Shown piece by piece: positions 22,071 to 35,470 of a stretch of 64,000 bases of DNA (position 1 is its first letter; each line of letters begins with the position of its first letter). The notes beneath the pieces were generated by a model. The model searched no databases, had not been told where the DNA came from, and saw only the letters and a list, made by a program, of their open reading frames with translations. Source of the stretch: Malacoraja senta (taxonomy: Eukaryota); the NCBI GenBank assembly GCA_038087875.1, contig CM075977.1, forward strand, positions 123,566,001 through 123,630,000, written 5' to 3'. Made by a program: the position numbers and the translations under genes.

Positions 22071-24390
22071 ATTCCCACCATTATCATTTAGAGACGCCAC
22101 AGAAACAAAAAAACAGACGCATTATTTCAGTTGAGGCCGCACACTCTCCATGACAAACTGTTCCACCCAAAGCACACATTCGCTACAGACTCCGACCGTG
22201 GATCTTTGATCTTCCCACACTCGGGCAGGAATCCCTGCCATCCCATTGCCCAGCTGGCATCCAGAGCTTCCTGAGCAAACACTCCAATTTTAGTCACACT
22301 GGAGAGCACACTGCTTCATACAGAAACAACATTCCCAGGGATTCAATACCTACTATTTCTTCCCAGCTAATCACTTCAAAGAGTTAAAAAAATAAACCGT
22401 TCAGCAATCAGTGGAGAAATATAATAGGGAATGTGCAATGTGAGTTCATGCTCTGAACATCTTTTGCCACAATGGTCTTATGGCTTTGTCGCAGCAACTT
22501 AGATTCTCTCTTCCTGCTGACTCCCAATAGAATAATAACTACTTGCAGACAGGCAAGGCAGTCATTTTTCTTCCTTATACAGAGTCCTTCATTTTTTTGA
22601 GAAGAGTCTGGCTTTACATTCTTAGGAGTGTCTCTGACAAGTCCTCAGTTGGTATTTACATGATAAATTTTTAATGTAAAAAGAATCTGACAGTTTACAT
22701 AAGGGACGTGACCTCATGACTGCAACCCCTGGCTCTCTGATTTTCCAGATGGAAGCAGATTAGTCTCCAGCTTTCATCCTTGAACGGGAGGGGCTTTTTT
22801 CTTCTGCCGTGGCAAAGCTGGTGGAAAAAGTGATCTTCGTGACTATATAACTCACACAAAAGCATGCATCACGAATGTCTGCTAAAGTCTATTCTCCACA
22901 AAGCCCTCTTAAAAAATCAACAGAAGAAAAAAGTTAATCTCGAAGTGAAAGGGTGATGGCAGAATTTAATTCAATTCAATGCTTTCCTGGAAGTTAACAT
23001 GGAAACTATTCCTCTAGCCGCTGCCCCCAATAGAAAAGGTGTGAAAGTATTTCACAATAATCCCCCAAATGTATCAGAAAAATAGCTTGAGAGCCTGAAG
23101 TTAATTCTTCCTCAATAAAGGAAATGGTAATAGAAAGACATGGGTGGCTAATCAAAGAGGGCCAAAAGGTGAATGCCTACCGTGTGAGCACATTTCCCAC
23201 TCTTCCTAAAGTCATAAACTGAATAATCAGATTAGAACTGGGGGGACAAAAAACGAAGGTTGAGTGGAGACATGTAAGCACCATCCACTCTTTTTAGAAA
23301 AGACATCTTCAAAAGCTGTGAATTTCTCCACTTCCCCACCATAAGCGATTACCTCATTATTCACTCTATTTGCATCACCATGGCAACTCAATACAGAAGG
23401 AAACCATCTCCTAGCATCCTTGCTCACTGAAACACCTCTTGTTGTCACATACCTTGAACATAAATGCGCAATATAAGTTACATTCTTATTTTATTCATTT
23501 TCGTGCCACTTAATTTTTACGTACACAGTTTGTAAACACCAGTGGCCTTTGAAGAACGTTGCCAATAATAAGAACTACTGTCAATGATATTAAAACTCAC
23601 ATTGTGTTTAATGTTCGTGCCAGGTCTGAGAAAAGGTCACCTTAACACACCATTGGCAGGTCAGGAAGATACAAATTACAATTTGACCTTCAAGCATTTT
23701 TTGGTGTAAATGTGCAAAGGGATTTCAAAATTGATTTGAGTTTACTTTGCTGAGTTTAACAATGTCAACCAAAGTTGAAAACAAAGGCCAAAATGTCCTG
23801 CACATTTGGTTGTATTTTTGCCAGGACCTGGTTCCATATTCATTGCATTCACCCGTTGCAGAAATGTGCTTAAATAAAACAGACAGCTGATTGCAGTAGG
23901 CCAGTGACCTTGGTCACTGCTTGCATTGTGTTAGCCCAGTAAATGGACACTTAGAAACAAGACTGTGGGTTCCAGATCAAAGCACTGAGGTCAGTAGCAG
24001 CATAGACACCCGCTCAGTCACTTCCTCAACTTAATGAATTTCCTGTGCTTCAAAAAAAAACTTGCTTAAAGCAGACAAATGTAGTAAATTACAGAACTTC
24101 CTCATTTTCCAATTCATTGTCTTTGCTTTAATGTAAAGACTATCATTTCAATACAGTTCCATTTGTGCTGGCTGCCCAGTGGTATCAATTTGCTTTAGGC
24201 TTGAGCAGTGGGGTTGGAAATTGACAGATTATTTACACCTTCGTTTTGCCCTGGGAAGTAACCCGAGACGCTCATGGTCCAGATGGTTTAAACTCACAAG
24301 GAAGTGTGTTAATAACTAAACCATTAATGGAATTTACAATCTTTGTATTGCTATGTGTCATATAATTCTCATTAGAAGGAAATAGCTTTA

Positions 24391-24915
24391 ATACAATACA
24401 ATAATACTTTATTAGCCAAGTATGTTTTGCAACGCAGGAGGAATTTCATTTGCCAAGTCAGTCATACAAATATAAAGCAACAGAACACACAAAATACATT
24501 TTAACATAAACATCCACCACAGTGACTCCTCCACATTCCTCACTGTGATGGAAGGCGAAAAAAAAGTTAAATCTCTTCCCTTGCGAGCTCTCGATGGTAA
24601 ATCCGCAGGAGCATCGGTCCCAGGCAAGGGATCGGCTCCGATGGTAAGACCACACCCCGCGGTTGGGCTCAGTCCCGAGCGAGGCATCCAGCTTCAAGAT
24701 GTTAGGCCACAGAGCGACCGAAGATAAAATCCAGAAATTAATCGCTTCGGCAGGGTAAGAGATTGATGAAAAAGTTTCCCCCGAACCCCTCCCCCTCATA
24801 AAACAAACCAGAGAACATTAAAACAAACTTTCAAAACACACTAAAAATAACAAAAAAATACGAAAAACCAGACAGATTGTTGATGAGGCTGCTAATCGTA
24901 CGGCGCCCCTGGTGG
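24391..24915 (-). mobile_element. Non-autonomous retroposon, probably end to end
   Basis: AATAAA + (TTGTA)n tail on the minus strand, GC-rich middle, sharp end at CGGCGCCCCTGGTGG. Confidence 0.65.
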
Positions 24916-24954
24916 TATAGTGAGGGATAAACAAGCAATGAAATCCTATACAAA

Positions 24955-25745
24955 GATTCTACATCAATAATTTAGATGTGAATGAGAAGGTATGATAAGT
25001 AAGTTTGCAGATCACACTAATGTAGATGGTATTGTTGTCAGTGAAGATGATTATCAAGAGTTACAGCAGGATCTTAATCAGCTGGCTAAGTGGGTTGAGG
25101 AATGGCTAATGTAGTTTAATTCAGGTAAGTGCAAAATGTTGCATTTTGGGAAGTCAAACCCAAAGGATCTTTGCAGTGAATGGTAGCTCCCTGATGAGTG
25201 TTGTATTGTATAGCAGAGGAATCTTGGAGTTCATGTACATTGTTCCCTGAAAGTGGACATCTCAGATAGATAGTTGGAGTATTGTGATCAGTTTGGTCAG
25301 ATGCCATTTCGCTGAAAAAAGAAGATTTACAAGGATGTTGCCAGGACACAAGGGCCTGAGCTATTGGGAGAGTATGGACAGGTTAGGACTCTAGTCTTTG
25401 AAGTGCAGGAGACTGAGAGTTGATCTACGGGGGGAATAGATAGGATAAATACACAGTCTTTTCCCAGCATAGGGGAATCAAAAATAGAGGTTTAAGGTAA
25501 GCGGAGAAAGATTTACTTGGAACCTAACAAGCAACTTTCTCACATTGAGGGTGGTGAATATCTGGAAAGAGCTGCCAGCAGAAGTAGTTGAAGCAGGTAC
25601 TTACTATAACAGCATTAAAAATATATATTTGTTCATGATAGGAAAGGTTTGGAGGGATATGAGTCAAATGGGAGTAGCTTAGATGAGGCATCTTGGTTGG
25701 GCATGTTGCATCAGAGGCCCTGTTCCTGTTCTGTATTACTCTATC
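24955..25745 (+). mobile_element. CR1-clade LINE fragment (RT core to 3' UTR), decayed
   Basis: TACATCAATAATTTAGAT (YINDLD-like), AGTAAGTTTGCAGATCACACTAA (SKFADDT-like), LQQDLNQLAKW, CR1 3' UTR. Confidence 0.85.
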
Positions 25746-26940
25746 ATCTTGGCATTACCAAAACTGTGACACCTTCTGAATGTTTCAAACATTTGTGGTA
25801 AAAAAAAACATCCTAGCAGAATCCCATCATTCTATAAACCATAATAACTTGACATTAATGTGAATTTGGTATTAATGTGAATATTAACGTGACTGTCAAA
25901 TAGGTTTGTTATTCAGTTCCCAAATATCAGAATTGCTGAACACCATCCAAAAAATTACACAATCGCGTTCAAAAGAATTTTGGCATCCAGCCATCCCGTG
26001 TCAAACTCTGAGAAAAGCCAGTCCTGACACTAACCTCCAGAAAAGAGCAAAGTACACTACAAACCTACACAGGCAAGCAAAGTAGAGTTTTATATTTAGT
26101 CATATGAAAGGAAATAGTTTGGACATTAAAATAGCAGAGTACGCGCTACTCTCAACAACAAACCGGCTGCAAAGCCTCAGTTTACTGTTAATCCAAAGAG
26201 TTGATAAACTCTTCCAAAGAACTTTAAAGCAAAGTATATCTGAGATGTACTTACCTAAAACTATACTGGCCATTTTTCAGAAGTATATTGGCTGTCATTC
26301 TCCAAAGATCATTCTGTGAGATATATTGTAACAAGATCTGTTTACAGCTCTACAACTTTATAGGAAGTGTAGAAATGTACAGATGTAACAGATTAGAAAC
26401 TGAAAACCTTCAATAGGTGCATTGTTGTCAGGTCTCTTGTTTGCAAGCCAGCTTTTTCTTGTATGTTAAAGTACCTGGTTGGCATTTTTTCAAGTCACAT
26501 CAATTCTTGTCTTTTTTTTTTAATGCAATTTTTCAACAGCTTAAAGAGGAGCCGACGGAACTTATACATTGTGATTCAGCAAAATCTTCACAAAATCGAC
26601 AAGCCACAGTGTTTCAGTTAATTGCCAAATAATAGGATAGAGCACAATAGTGTAAAATGATAGTTAAAAATCAGATAAGTTGTAAAAAGAGACAGCTGAT
26701 TCACTGCTACCACTTTCTTCTTCTTCTTCTTCTTCTTCTTCTTCTTCTGCAGTTGCTCAGGGTCAAGGATGACTTCCTTCCAATCCATTCCTACATTTCC
26801 GTGGTGGCTGATGAATAAAATATGGTACCCACACATTCTGCCACAAAGGGGTAAGGTGTTGCTGAACTAGTGAGTGCGCGCGGGTAATTTCATAGATTGG
26901 GAATTCATTCTGTTATTTGCACACATATGACTCTCACTAA

Positions 26941-27880
26941 GCTTAGTATGGGAACTGTGGTGCCCACAACCACAAGAAATTGCAATGTTGTGAACACATA
27001 CAGTCCATCACACAAACCACAGGGCGACACGGTGGTTCACCGGTAGAGCTACTGCCTTACAGCACCAGAGACCTGGGTTCGAGCCTGACTATGGGTGCTT
27101 GTATGTACAGAGTTTGAATTTCTCCCCGTGACTTGCGTGGGTTTTCTCCAAGTTCTTCGGTTTTCTCCCACACTCCAAAGACGTACAGGTTTGTAGGTTG
27201 ATTGGCTTGGTGTAAATGTAAAATTGTTCCGAGTGTGTGTAGGGTAGTGTGAATGTGTAGGGATCGCTGATCGGTGCGGACTCCGGTGGGCTAAAGGGCT
27301 TGTTTCCGCGCTGTATTTCTAAACTAAACTAAACCTGCCCCCATTCTCGACTCCATCTACACTTAACGCTGCTTCAGGAGAGCAGCCAACAAAATCAAGG
27401 ATACTTTTACTCGTCGAGGTGATCCCTTTTTCTCCCCTCTCCCGTCAGGCAGAAAATACAAATGCTTGAAAGCACTTTCAAGAACAGCATTTTCCTCACC
27501 TTTATCAGGTTCTTGAACGGACCTCTCATATGCTAAGGATGAATTACAAACTTCTAATCTATCTCATTGTGGTTCTTCCATTTTGTTATCTGTAGCTGTA
27601 ACAAAATATTCTGCATTTTTTTATTTTCATTTTTGCATGTGTTCATGTATAGTGCAATTGGAAGTGTTGCTTATATTGTGTGGAACGTACCTTGATGAGG
27701 TGGCTGCATCTCACTATGAAACTGACCATGTAAGTACTCAGAGTGGCATTATGCAAGGAAACCTAACACATTTCCACTACCTGACAATAGCATGTATGGT
27801 ATGATTTGCCTGGCTAGCATGCAATAACAATTTTCACTGTATCTCGGTGCACATGACAATACCAGACCAATGCCAGTACC
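26941..27880 (+). mobile_element. Rex1/Babar-type LINE 3' fragment
   Basis: YGNC..HNHKKLQ..V.T.QSITQT-like coding remnant, CTCTCCCGTCAGGCAGAAAATACA motif, TTTTCACTGTATCTCGGTGCACATGACAATA tail. Confidence 0.7.
27022..27334 (+). mobile_element. HE1-like V-SINE, full length, inserted in a Rex-type LINE fragment
   Basis: tRNA head with B-box GGTTCGAGCC, V-domain, (AAACT)n tail. Confidence 0.9.
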
Positions 27881-28811
27881 ATCTGCTGGTTGGGAGTCAA
27901 GTTGTCTGACTTAGTAGTTATTTTTTAGTGGGATCTTTGGATCTTTAAACATTGCCAAAACATTTCAGAGCCAAGTGGAGAGCAGCAAAAATCTAGATTT
28001 AGTGGTTTAATCCAGCAGTTGTTTGCCTTTGTGGTGATGTGACTGATCTGGTCATCCCCACAATCTGTTACTCAGACAACAATGTAATATAGCAGGTGCC
28101 TATCAATGCTGGATCAAGCACATTGCAGGAGGCCTTGTATTTTCTCTGGTGAAATCCCAGTGAAACAAGTCAGTCTTTCAAGTATTTCATCAGGAGCAGA
28201 ACATCACTGGAGATAGATTTCCCTACTCCTTCCTTGCCAATCACACATTTCTGACGTTTCCTTTCTGACTTCTGATATTGTCAGTGAAACCATTAGTCTC
28301 CTGCGAGGGCTCAGGCCAGAATTCAAGATCAGAGTGCAATTCCCCTTTGGCCTTGTGCATCGCTTTCAGGGTTGGAGCATATGCACTAATTACTGCAGCA
28401 TGCTGCTTCCACTTTAGTATGAGCTGGAGGATCATGAGGCATTCTAATAATCAACCGGTGGGAATCGCTGAGGCAACAGACTAGTTCATTCTGATAGCGA
28501 AACCCTCAGGATGCAGCTGCCGTTTTAGCTGGATATGTCCTACCACTTCACGGGAGATGATGACAAAGGAATTTCAGATCTGATGCTGCTGGCAATCTCT
28601 ACTAGGATCCTGACTTTCCAGGTCTCAATCTTTGTTTGAGTCTAGGGTCTAGACATCGGTGCAAGAAATAACTTTAACATGAGGGCGGCTATTGGTGTCC
28701 AGGATGATTGGAGCCCTTGAAGGTCAGACTTTATAGCATAGATCAATACACATAGATAAGTATGCAAAGATGCACACTAGCACACCGAGTGGGCAGAGGC
28801 AAACTGACTCC

Positions 28812-28955
28812 ACGTGTGCACACACACACACAGCGCGCGCACAGAGCGGGCTGACTCAGAGTGCGTACGCACAAAGCGTATCCGGAAACAGCACAAGCAC
28901 ACACACAGCGCACGCATACACACAGCGCATGCACACACACTCACACTGACACACT
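28812..28955. repeat. Degenerate (CA/CG)n alternating purine-pyrimidine tract
   Basis: CACACACACACAGCGCGCGCAC...GCACGCATACACACAGCGCATGCACACAC. Confidence 0.8.
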
Positions 28956-29576
28956 CTTGTTCTCTTCCATGGCCCTTCTCCCTTATTATTGGGGAGTTGA
29001 ATAGGTTGCAATGTTTGGACAACTGATGTGGACAGATTTGTCTTACAGAAGCAGAAACATGCTCAATGGGAGCAATAATGAGTGAAGGCAGAGAGCTTTG
29101 AGATGTGAAAACACCAACAAGCTACGAGTAGTCATTACAATAGAAGGCTATTTTCTGGGGACTTAGTCAGGGATGACACTGAATCAAAGAAACTGAAAGA
29201 CGTGTCACTTAATTGATGCCTGAAGGGTAGGGAACAACTATAAATAAAATTGCAATGGCAATAATAGTGAAATAGCTTCAACATAGCAAACTACCTCAGA
29301 GGAGCATGGGTAAACAAAAATTGCTAACCGCCACAAAGCGCTAACCAAGGCAGCTGCATGTGTCGATATTACAAAATATTTTAAAATAAGAAAATTAGAC
29401 AGCTTGACAGGTTTAGGAAAGGAGATTTAGAGTTTAGTCCCTTACCAGTTAAAGGCACAACTATCATTCGAGCAATAACATTCAGGGATTATAGCTGGAG
29501 GAATAAAGATATCATGAAAAGCTATAGGATGAATGGTCAGAAATAAAGTGGGATGAAGGCCGGAGCAACATTCGTT

Positions 29577-29702
29577 CCGAAGGGTCTCAACCCAAAACAT
29601 CACTTATTCCTTTTCTCCAGAGATGCTGTCTGACCCGCTGAGTTACTCCAGCTCTTTGTGTCTATCTTCGGTTTAAACCAGTATCTGCAGTTCCTTCCTA
29701 CA
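29577..29702 (+). mobile_element. Mini-PLE with tail
   Basis: GAAGGGTCTCAACCCAAAACATCAC...GTGTCTATCTTCGGTTTAAACCAGTATCTGCAGTTCCTTCCTACA. Confidence 0.87.
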
Positions 29703-29831
29703 TGTTCAGGAGCGTTGGGGATCAGGGTGTGGTGCAAAAGGATTCAGGCAACAGAGATTTGGATGAACATATATACAAATGTTAGAAGGAGGAAGTCTGT
29801 TCAACAGTGCAGTAAAACTTTGATAACCTCA

Positions 29832-29924
29832 GACACAAAATGCTGGAGTAACTCAGCGCGTCAGGCAGCATCTCTGGAGGGAAGGAATGGGTGACATTTC
29901 GGGTCGAAAACCCTTTGTCAGACA
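29832..29924 (-). mobile_element. Mini-PLE, tail-less
   Basis: 9-bp TSD ATAACCTCA at 29823-29831 and 29925-29933. Confidence 0.88.
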
Positions 29925-32900
29925 ATAACCTCATATTTTATTGTTTGCAAATCCTGATGGTTTGGCATCCAGTTGGCTGAATGTTCTATTTTTCCTTTTA
30001 AACTCACCACTCAGCCTCCTGCTCTCAATATCCAGTATAACAATTAAAACAGTTAAATAAAAAAGTGTGTTGGGGTATTAACATGAGTAACATCGTGGAA
30101 TATCTGCTGGTCTAACACCACTATAGTCCTGGGGATACTGGATAGTCAGTTTTTATGCACATTATCTAGATTAAGTTGAGGGGTAGCAATATTAAGGATG
30201 AGAGGACATATGCTGAATGGTGGAAATAAGTGGTCTTAGTTATGATCACACATGCTCTGAAAATTTACCCTGGTGTCAATCGTGACCACAGGGCTGAGAA
30301 AAGTCTGGTTTGGTTTTGAATAAAAGTTTGGTTTCTCTGGAAGAGAAGAAAGGAAGCAAGTGGCAGCCACTACAATCTTAAGTATTGATTATTGTTGAAA
30401 ATATTGACTTAAAACTTCCTTTCTTCTTCAATAATATTTCTGATAACAAGATGAGGATTTTTGATGCGATGTAATTCGCATATCACACTGCTCCGTTGCT
30501 GGATTAAAGGTTCAGTTCCCTAAGTCAGAGCTAAGAGTTTTTATTTGCTAGGCTTGTTGTGCTGATTAATGTTAAGGATACCTGCATTTGAAGAATGAAA
30601 GAAACTTTGATATCCAATGTTGGTATCATGCACTGCAAAGTCAGATGATGCTTCCCGGCTTCACTTTCTATTCCACTTTCCAAATCATCTTTATGGCTTT
30701 TCTGAATTAGTCTGTGATTTGTTGCAGCCAATTTCACAACTAAGGGGAACTGGACCTACTCTGACAAACACTACTCTAAGTAAAACTGCCGCAGCTAACA
30801 AGGAAAGTAAATATTTAATTCTAAGTTGGATTCTAATCTAGGAACTGGATATACAAGGGCATGTTCACACAGCTGGTCACAAGTGAGCATACTAGTTTCT
30901 TTAAAAGAAAGTTTAACAGTGATTTATACCACAACAAACATTAACCTCGGTCCTCTAAGTTTCAAATAATATTGTGCCAATTAATTTATGGCTCAGTTCC
31001 ATTCTAGTCACATTAATTTCTTATCAAATAAAACCAAAGAATGATACTCAATTGGATACTATACATAATATTGTACAGATAATACACAATATGGTTTATG
31101 CCCATCCTTTCTGCCAGGTGTCAATCAATGCTGAGACAAGACTTACTCGTTCAAACTGTAGAATAAGACATTCTGCCTGTTCTTGAAGAATTAAAGCTGT
31201 ATTCCAAGAGCACAGACCTCGGAATAACTTGGGTACAGAGTCCTATTCAAGTAAGTCTGACAAGAGGGGGTGACAGATTAGACTTCATTCACATCTCAGA
31301 TGCCAAGGTAGTTAAGGCAAAATTGTGTTTCAGGACACCTGCTGGCTGGGAAATAAGTGAAAAGTAACACTTACTCATTTACGGGGATTCCTCCCTGTGT
31401 ATTCAGAAAATAAACAACTTGCTGAGAGATAGATTGGCTTCTAGTCACTAGACTAACAGCAGCAGGATCTGTGGTGCCAAGGATCAGCAGGCAACCACCA
31501 AGGAGAAGCAAGCCAAATGAAAGTCAGACAACTGCTTTAGCCAGACAATACATGATGTGTCAAGGAAAACAAAACAGTTCGAAATTTCTCCTTCAATAGC
31601 TTGAGGAGAAACAAAGTCAAAAGATATTGGGGTGCAAATTACTATTATAGCAGTGCAGGAGACAAACAGATACTTTGCTCAGGTTGTGGAGGACAATAAA
31701 TATATTTACATGCAAAGACACATGCTTTAAGGATTTGGACTTCTAAGTGTATTTAATATTGGTAGTGGAATGTCTGAAGTATCTGTACTAAAGGTATTTC
31801 AAACTTATCAAACATGATTCCTCACCCACACCCTTATCTTTAATTGCTGCACCCATTCACTATTGGGTAACAGTCTAGTTTTTTTAGTAAGCTTTCAAGT
31901 CATTACAAGCCAAATAAATTCTTCTGAATAATATTCTTTCACATACTTCCTTGTCTGATGGTATTGGAAAACTATTTTCTGTAGGAGTTTGCGTTAACAG
32001 CAAAGCCAAAGCATATTTCCAACTCGTCCCAGGGTTAACTCTCTCCTTACGTCAACTATTCTTCTATCTATTCTTGGCAAAAAAATCAAATATACCACTA
32101 TTTGCTCTAATTGAATGTTTTCCTTTGGTTAAGGTGGAGTGATCAGAGTTTTTCTTTTGTCAGCTTTCTGCTGTTAAATATTTCCAATCTGCTTTAAATT
32201 TTAACCCCAAGAGGAAGAATTCCATCCTTTTGGTACAATGGCTACTGTGACTAGGTGGGGTAAATAACGGATGAATCCCAGATGGACAGAGTAGCAGGAG
32301 AACATAGAAGCCTAGAAACATACACCACTGACAGGAAGAAACATTTCACAGGCAAAAAAATATACTAAATGATCAAAGAAAGGGAATGTGTCTTTAATTT
32401 ACCTTTAACTCAATCTCAACTGAACTGCACCCTAAAAGATCAAGGTGGGATTTTCTTTCCATTAAGGTGTTTCCATGCTAGCTCTCTAGGATGCCCTTTG
32501 CTCTTTTGTAATATGTTACAGATTGTTTCAGGCTTCCATTCAAAAGGCTGGTCACAGCCATTCTCTAGAGTCTTGTTTATTGTTTACATTGGTAATTGCC
32601 ACTACTCTGATGGCATGTGAAAGGGCTTCTGTCAGATATATTTCCAGAGCCAGAAAATTTAGTTTTTGTTTGATTGCAACATCCTTGGTTGGGCAGTTAT
32701 TTTGAGAATCACTTATATTTCAGAAATGTACATGTTTATTATGTTCCTTTGGATTACATCAGTGCCTAGCAGCTCAAAAGCATTGAAAAGTTAACACAAT
32801 TAATTATTTGTCAAACAATATGTTTATTGGGAGTGAACAGTGAGCTGGGAATTAGTCCTTTGTACAGTGAAGGCAGGTGGCCATTTTAAGCAGGTTCTTG

Positions 32901-33617
32901 TGAGTTAAGCCATTGTTGAACAGAAAGAAAATACTAATTCATTTCAAATGAACTTCTGATGTGACAGTGCCCCCAACCATAGTAAAGGAGTAATTCTCTT
33001 AGCGATCTGATCAAAATGCCTGTTTGGCAGAATCCAACATGGCACTAAACTCCAGGTCCACTTTCAATTTTGTTTAATATGTTTGAACTGGGAAAGAGCT
33101 AAATGAAAACCATATTCACAAATCTCTGTGAAAACTGTCACAGAGTTGTAGTCTTGCTCCTTGATCTCATGGTTCCATTTTAAATGCAGAAACCCAAGCT
33201 TGACAGGTGTAATAAGGAAGAAAGTCTTCAAAAAAGCAGACTCGATTCTGTTGCCCATGCTTCTTTAAACAAGCAGTGCACAGTCATTCCTTTAAGGTTG
33301 ATCTATTTCTCAACCTATTTCATGCAAGCCCGTAGGACTATACAAATGGAAACTATTTTAACTTTGAACTTATCCTCACACAGCACCATCCTGAAATACT
33401 GCAGAGGAACTTTGCTCTGAAGTTTCTTTAGGTTTAACATGTTGTATAAAGGGTCAAAGCCTTCATTGTTAAGTTCCCCAGTCTATGAGACTAGTATACT
33501 CATTTTTTAGGTTTGAATGGGTAATTTGTTACCACGTCTAGTCATGACATTGAGCAGCGATAGACATCAACTAATTAACTAAATAGGTGAATTATTTGCC
33601 ATTACAGTTGTAGAAAT

Positions 33618-33918
33618 GGGCGGCATGGTGGTGCAGCGGTAGCGTTGCTGCATTACATCACCAGTGACCCGGGTTTGATCCCGACTATGGGTGCTGTCTG
33701 TACGGAGTTTGTACGTTCTCCCTGTGCCCTACGTGTGTTTTCTCCGAGATCTTCCGTCCTCCCACACTCCAAAGACGTACAGGTTTGTAGGTTCATTGGC
33801 TTGGTACAAATGTAAATTGTCCCTAGTGTGTGTAGGATAGTGTTAATGTGTGGGGATCGCTGGTCGACGCAGACTCGAAGGACCTGTTTCCGCACCATAT
33901 CTCTAAACTAAAACTAAA
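33618..33918 (+). mobile_element. HE1-like V-SINE, full length
   Basis: GGGCGGCATGGTGGTGCAGCGGTAG head, V-domain, CTAAACTAAAACTAAA tail. Confidence 0.9.
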
Positions 33919-34677
33919 TTTAATTTAGGATCAACACATATGTTTACCTGGTTGGTAAGGCCATGAACTGTTGTCTAGAGTACAAAGCTGCAGGTGATCA
34001 ACAATATTGTTGTGCTATTTTTAATAGTGTGTAGAAAATAGAACAAGTTTACTATAACCTATGCTGATTGTAATAATGCCCTCCATTGTTCTGCTTTTGT
34101 TAGCTAGGGTCCAAATAAGGTTTGTTGCCTCCGGCATAAATGAAGAACCAAAAAAAACTCTGAAAACACAGAACATCAGCCAGTACTGTTGGAACCAATA
34201 TGTGAGCATATACCAATGGTGTAAGTTGAGCCTGGATATCCTTGGGCGATTCTGCTTAATCCTCAGTTAGTATTTCTTTCATATAAGCATGCAAACTCCC
34301 TCCACAAAACAGCAGCTAATGGCTGTAACCTGCACAATCTGGTCAAGAACTGAAATACAGCACCATCCTGTTAATGGTTTGGGTTCAAAAGAGCATTGTG
34401 ATGTCAATTCCAAGCACAATTTTCACAACTTACATCTTACCAGCTGCATTTGCAATCAAATACCTGCCAGAATTAGGGCCCAGTGAATCAAACAGCTTTA
34501 TCTCAAGCCACAAAGAAAATGGGAACTCTGATATTACTAGAATAAGATAAATACCTACTTTCCATGATTTCAAGTGTAACGTATGGCGATGAAACATTGT
34601 AAGCACTATCCAGTACATTTTTAAACATAAAGGCATTTTTAAAAGTGCCTATCTCTGTACCCAAATTTTATTAAGGC

Positions 34678-34778
34678 CAAAGGTCGACACAAAATGCTGG
34701 AGTAACTCAGCGGGACAGGCAGCATCTCTGGAGAGAAGGAATGGGTGACGTTTCGGGGTCGAGACCCTTCTTCAGACC
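34678..34778 (-). mobile_element. Mini-PLE, tail-less, hammerhead core retained
   Basis: 11-bp TSD TTTATTAAGGC at 34667-34677 and 34779-34789; minus strand GGT-CTGAAGA-AGGGTCTCGACCCC-GAAA-CGTC-ACC. Confidence 0.9.
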
Positions 34779-35129
34779 TTTATTAAGGCTTCTATCCACA
34801 ATTCTTGCCACGGACGTGTTAAAGTAAACTGATCTCTTACCACAAACTGGAGCACTCTGGATTACTTGTATGCAACCCAAGCTGTCACAGATCTCATTTT
34901 TATTGGAAGTGCTTGTAAATACGTCTTTGCCATCACCACCTGACAGCAATTAACTTGGAGGCTAAAATATGAAACGTCTGTTTGTCTATTAGCACGCAAT
35001 CCCTAGGATGCAGTTTTTAACGTTGTGCTCATCAGAACTTAATAACAATAGGAATTTATTTCTACATGCTTTTCAGAATTATTCCCATCTATTAAAATCA
35101 TTGAATGTCCCCCTTCACCCATCACAAAC

Positions 35130-35470
35130 ATGGGTTCCTCTTTTTAAATTCTTCATTTTACTTTCAAACTCTCAAAGGTCTTGTTCCCTGGTTTCCTTGA
35201 AGTCCATCAGCCTTACACCCTCATATCCTTGATCATCTTCAGATCTGGTTATTTCATGTCTTCAGCTGTCAAGATCCTGAACTACAATTCCTTCTCGAAA
35301 ATCCACCACCTCTCTTTCCTCCTTTAAATCACTTTTGATAACATACTAAATGATCAAGCTGTCGTCATCTTCCCTTATGGTACCCTGTGTGATCCGTGTT
35401 AAATTTTGATTGTTAACACTCCTATGAACTACTTTGGAGTGCGTCGCTTTATTGAAACTTGCCTTGTAAA
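35130..35470 (+). mobile_element. Old L2-clade LINE 3' end
   Basis: TTCAGCTGTCAAG...CTCCTTTAAA...TGATCAAGCT...AACACTCCTATGAACTACTTTGG; a related minus-strand remnant lies at ~29280-29800. Confidence 0.55.

Larger units (their letters stand above)
26715..28700 (-). mobile_element. RTE-clade LINE remnant (AP endonuclease region ~28050-28640, 3' UTR ~26748-26940, (GAA)11 tail), interrupted by Rex fragment and SINE
   Basis: ORF 28241-28435 VISAYAPTL motif; TWKVRIL (WNVRTL-like) near 28610; (TTC)n at 26715-26747. Confidence 0.65.

Noticed and set aside
24902-24915. CTCF-like word CCACCAGGGGCGCC on the minus strand
   Set aside because: One G short of the core spacing; lies at a repeat terminus.
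27022-27095. tRNA gene
   Set aside because: It is a SINE head followed by the V-domain; no complete cloverleaf.
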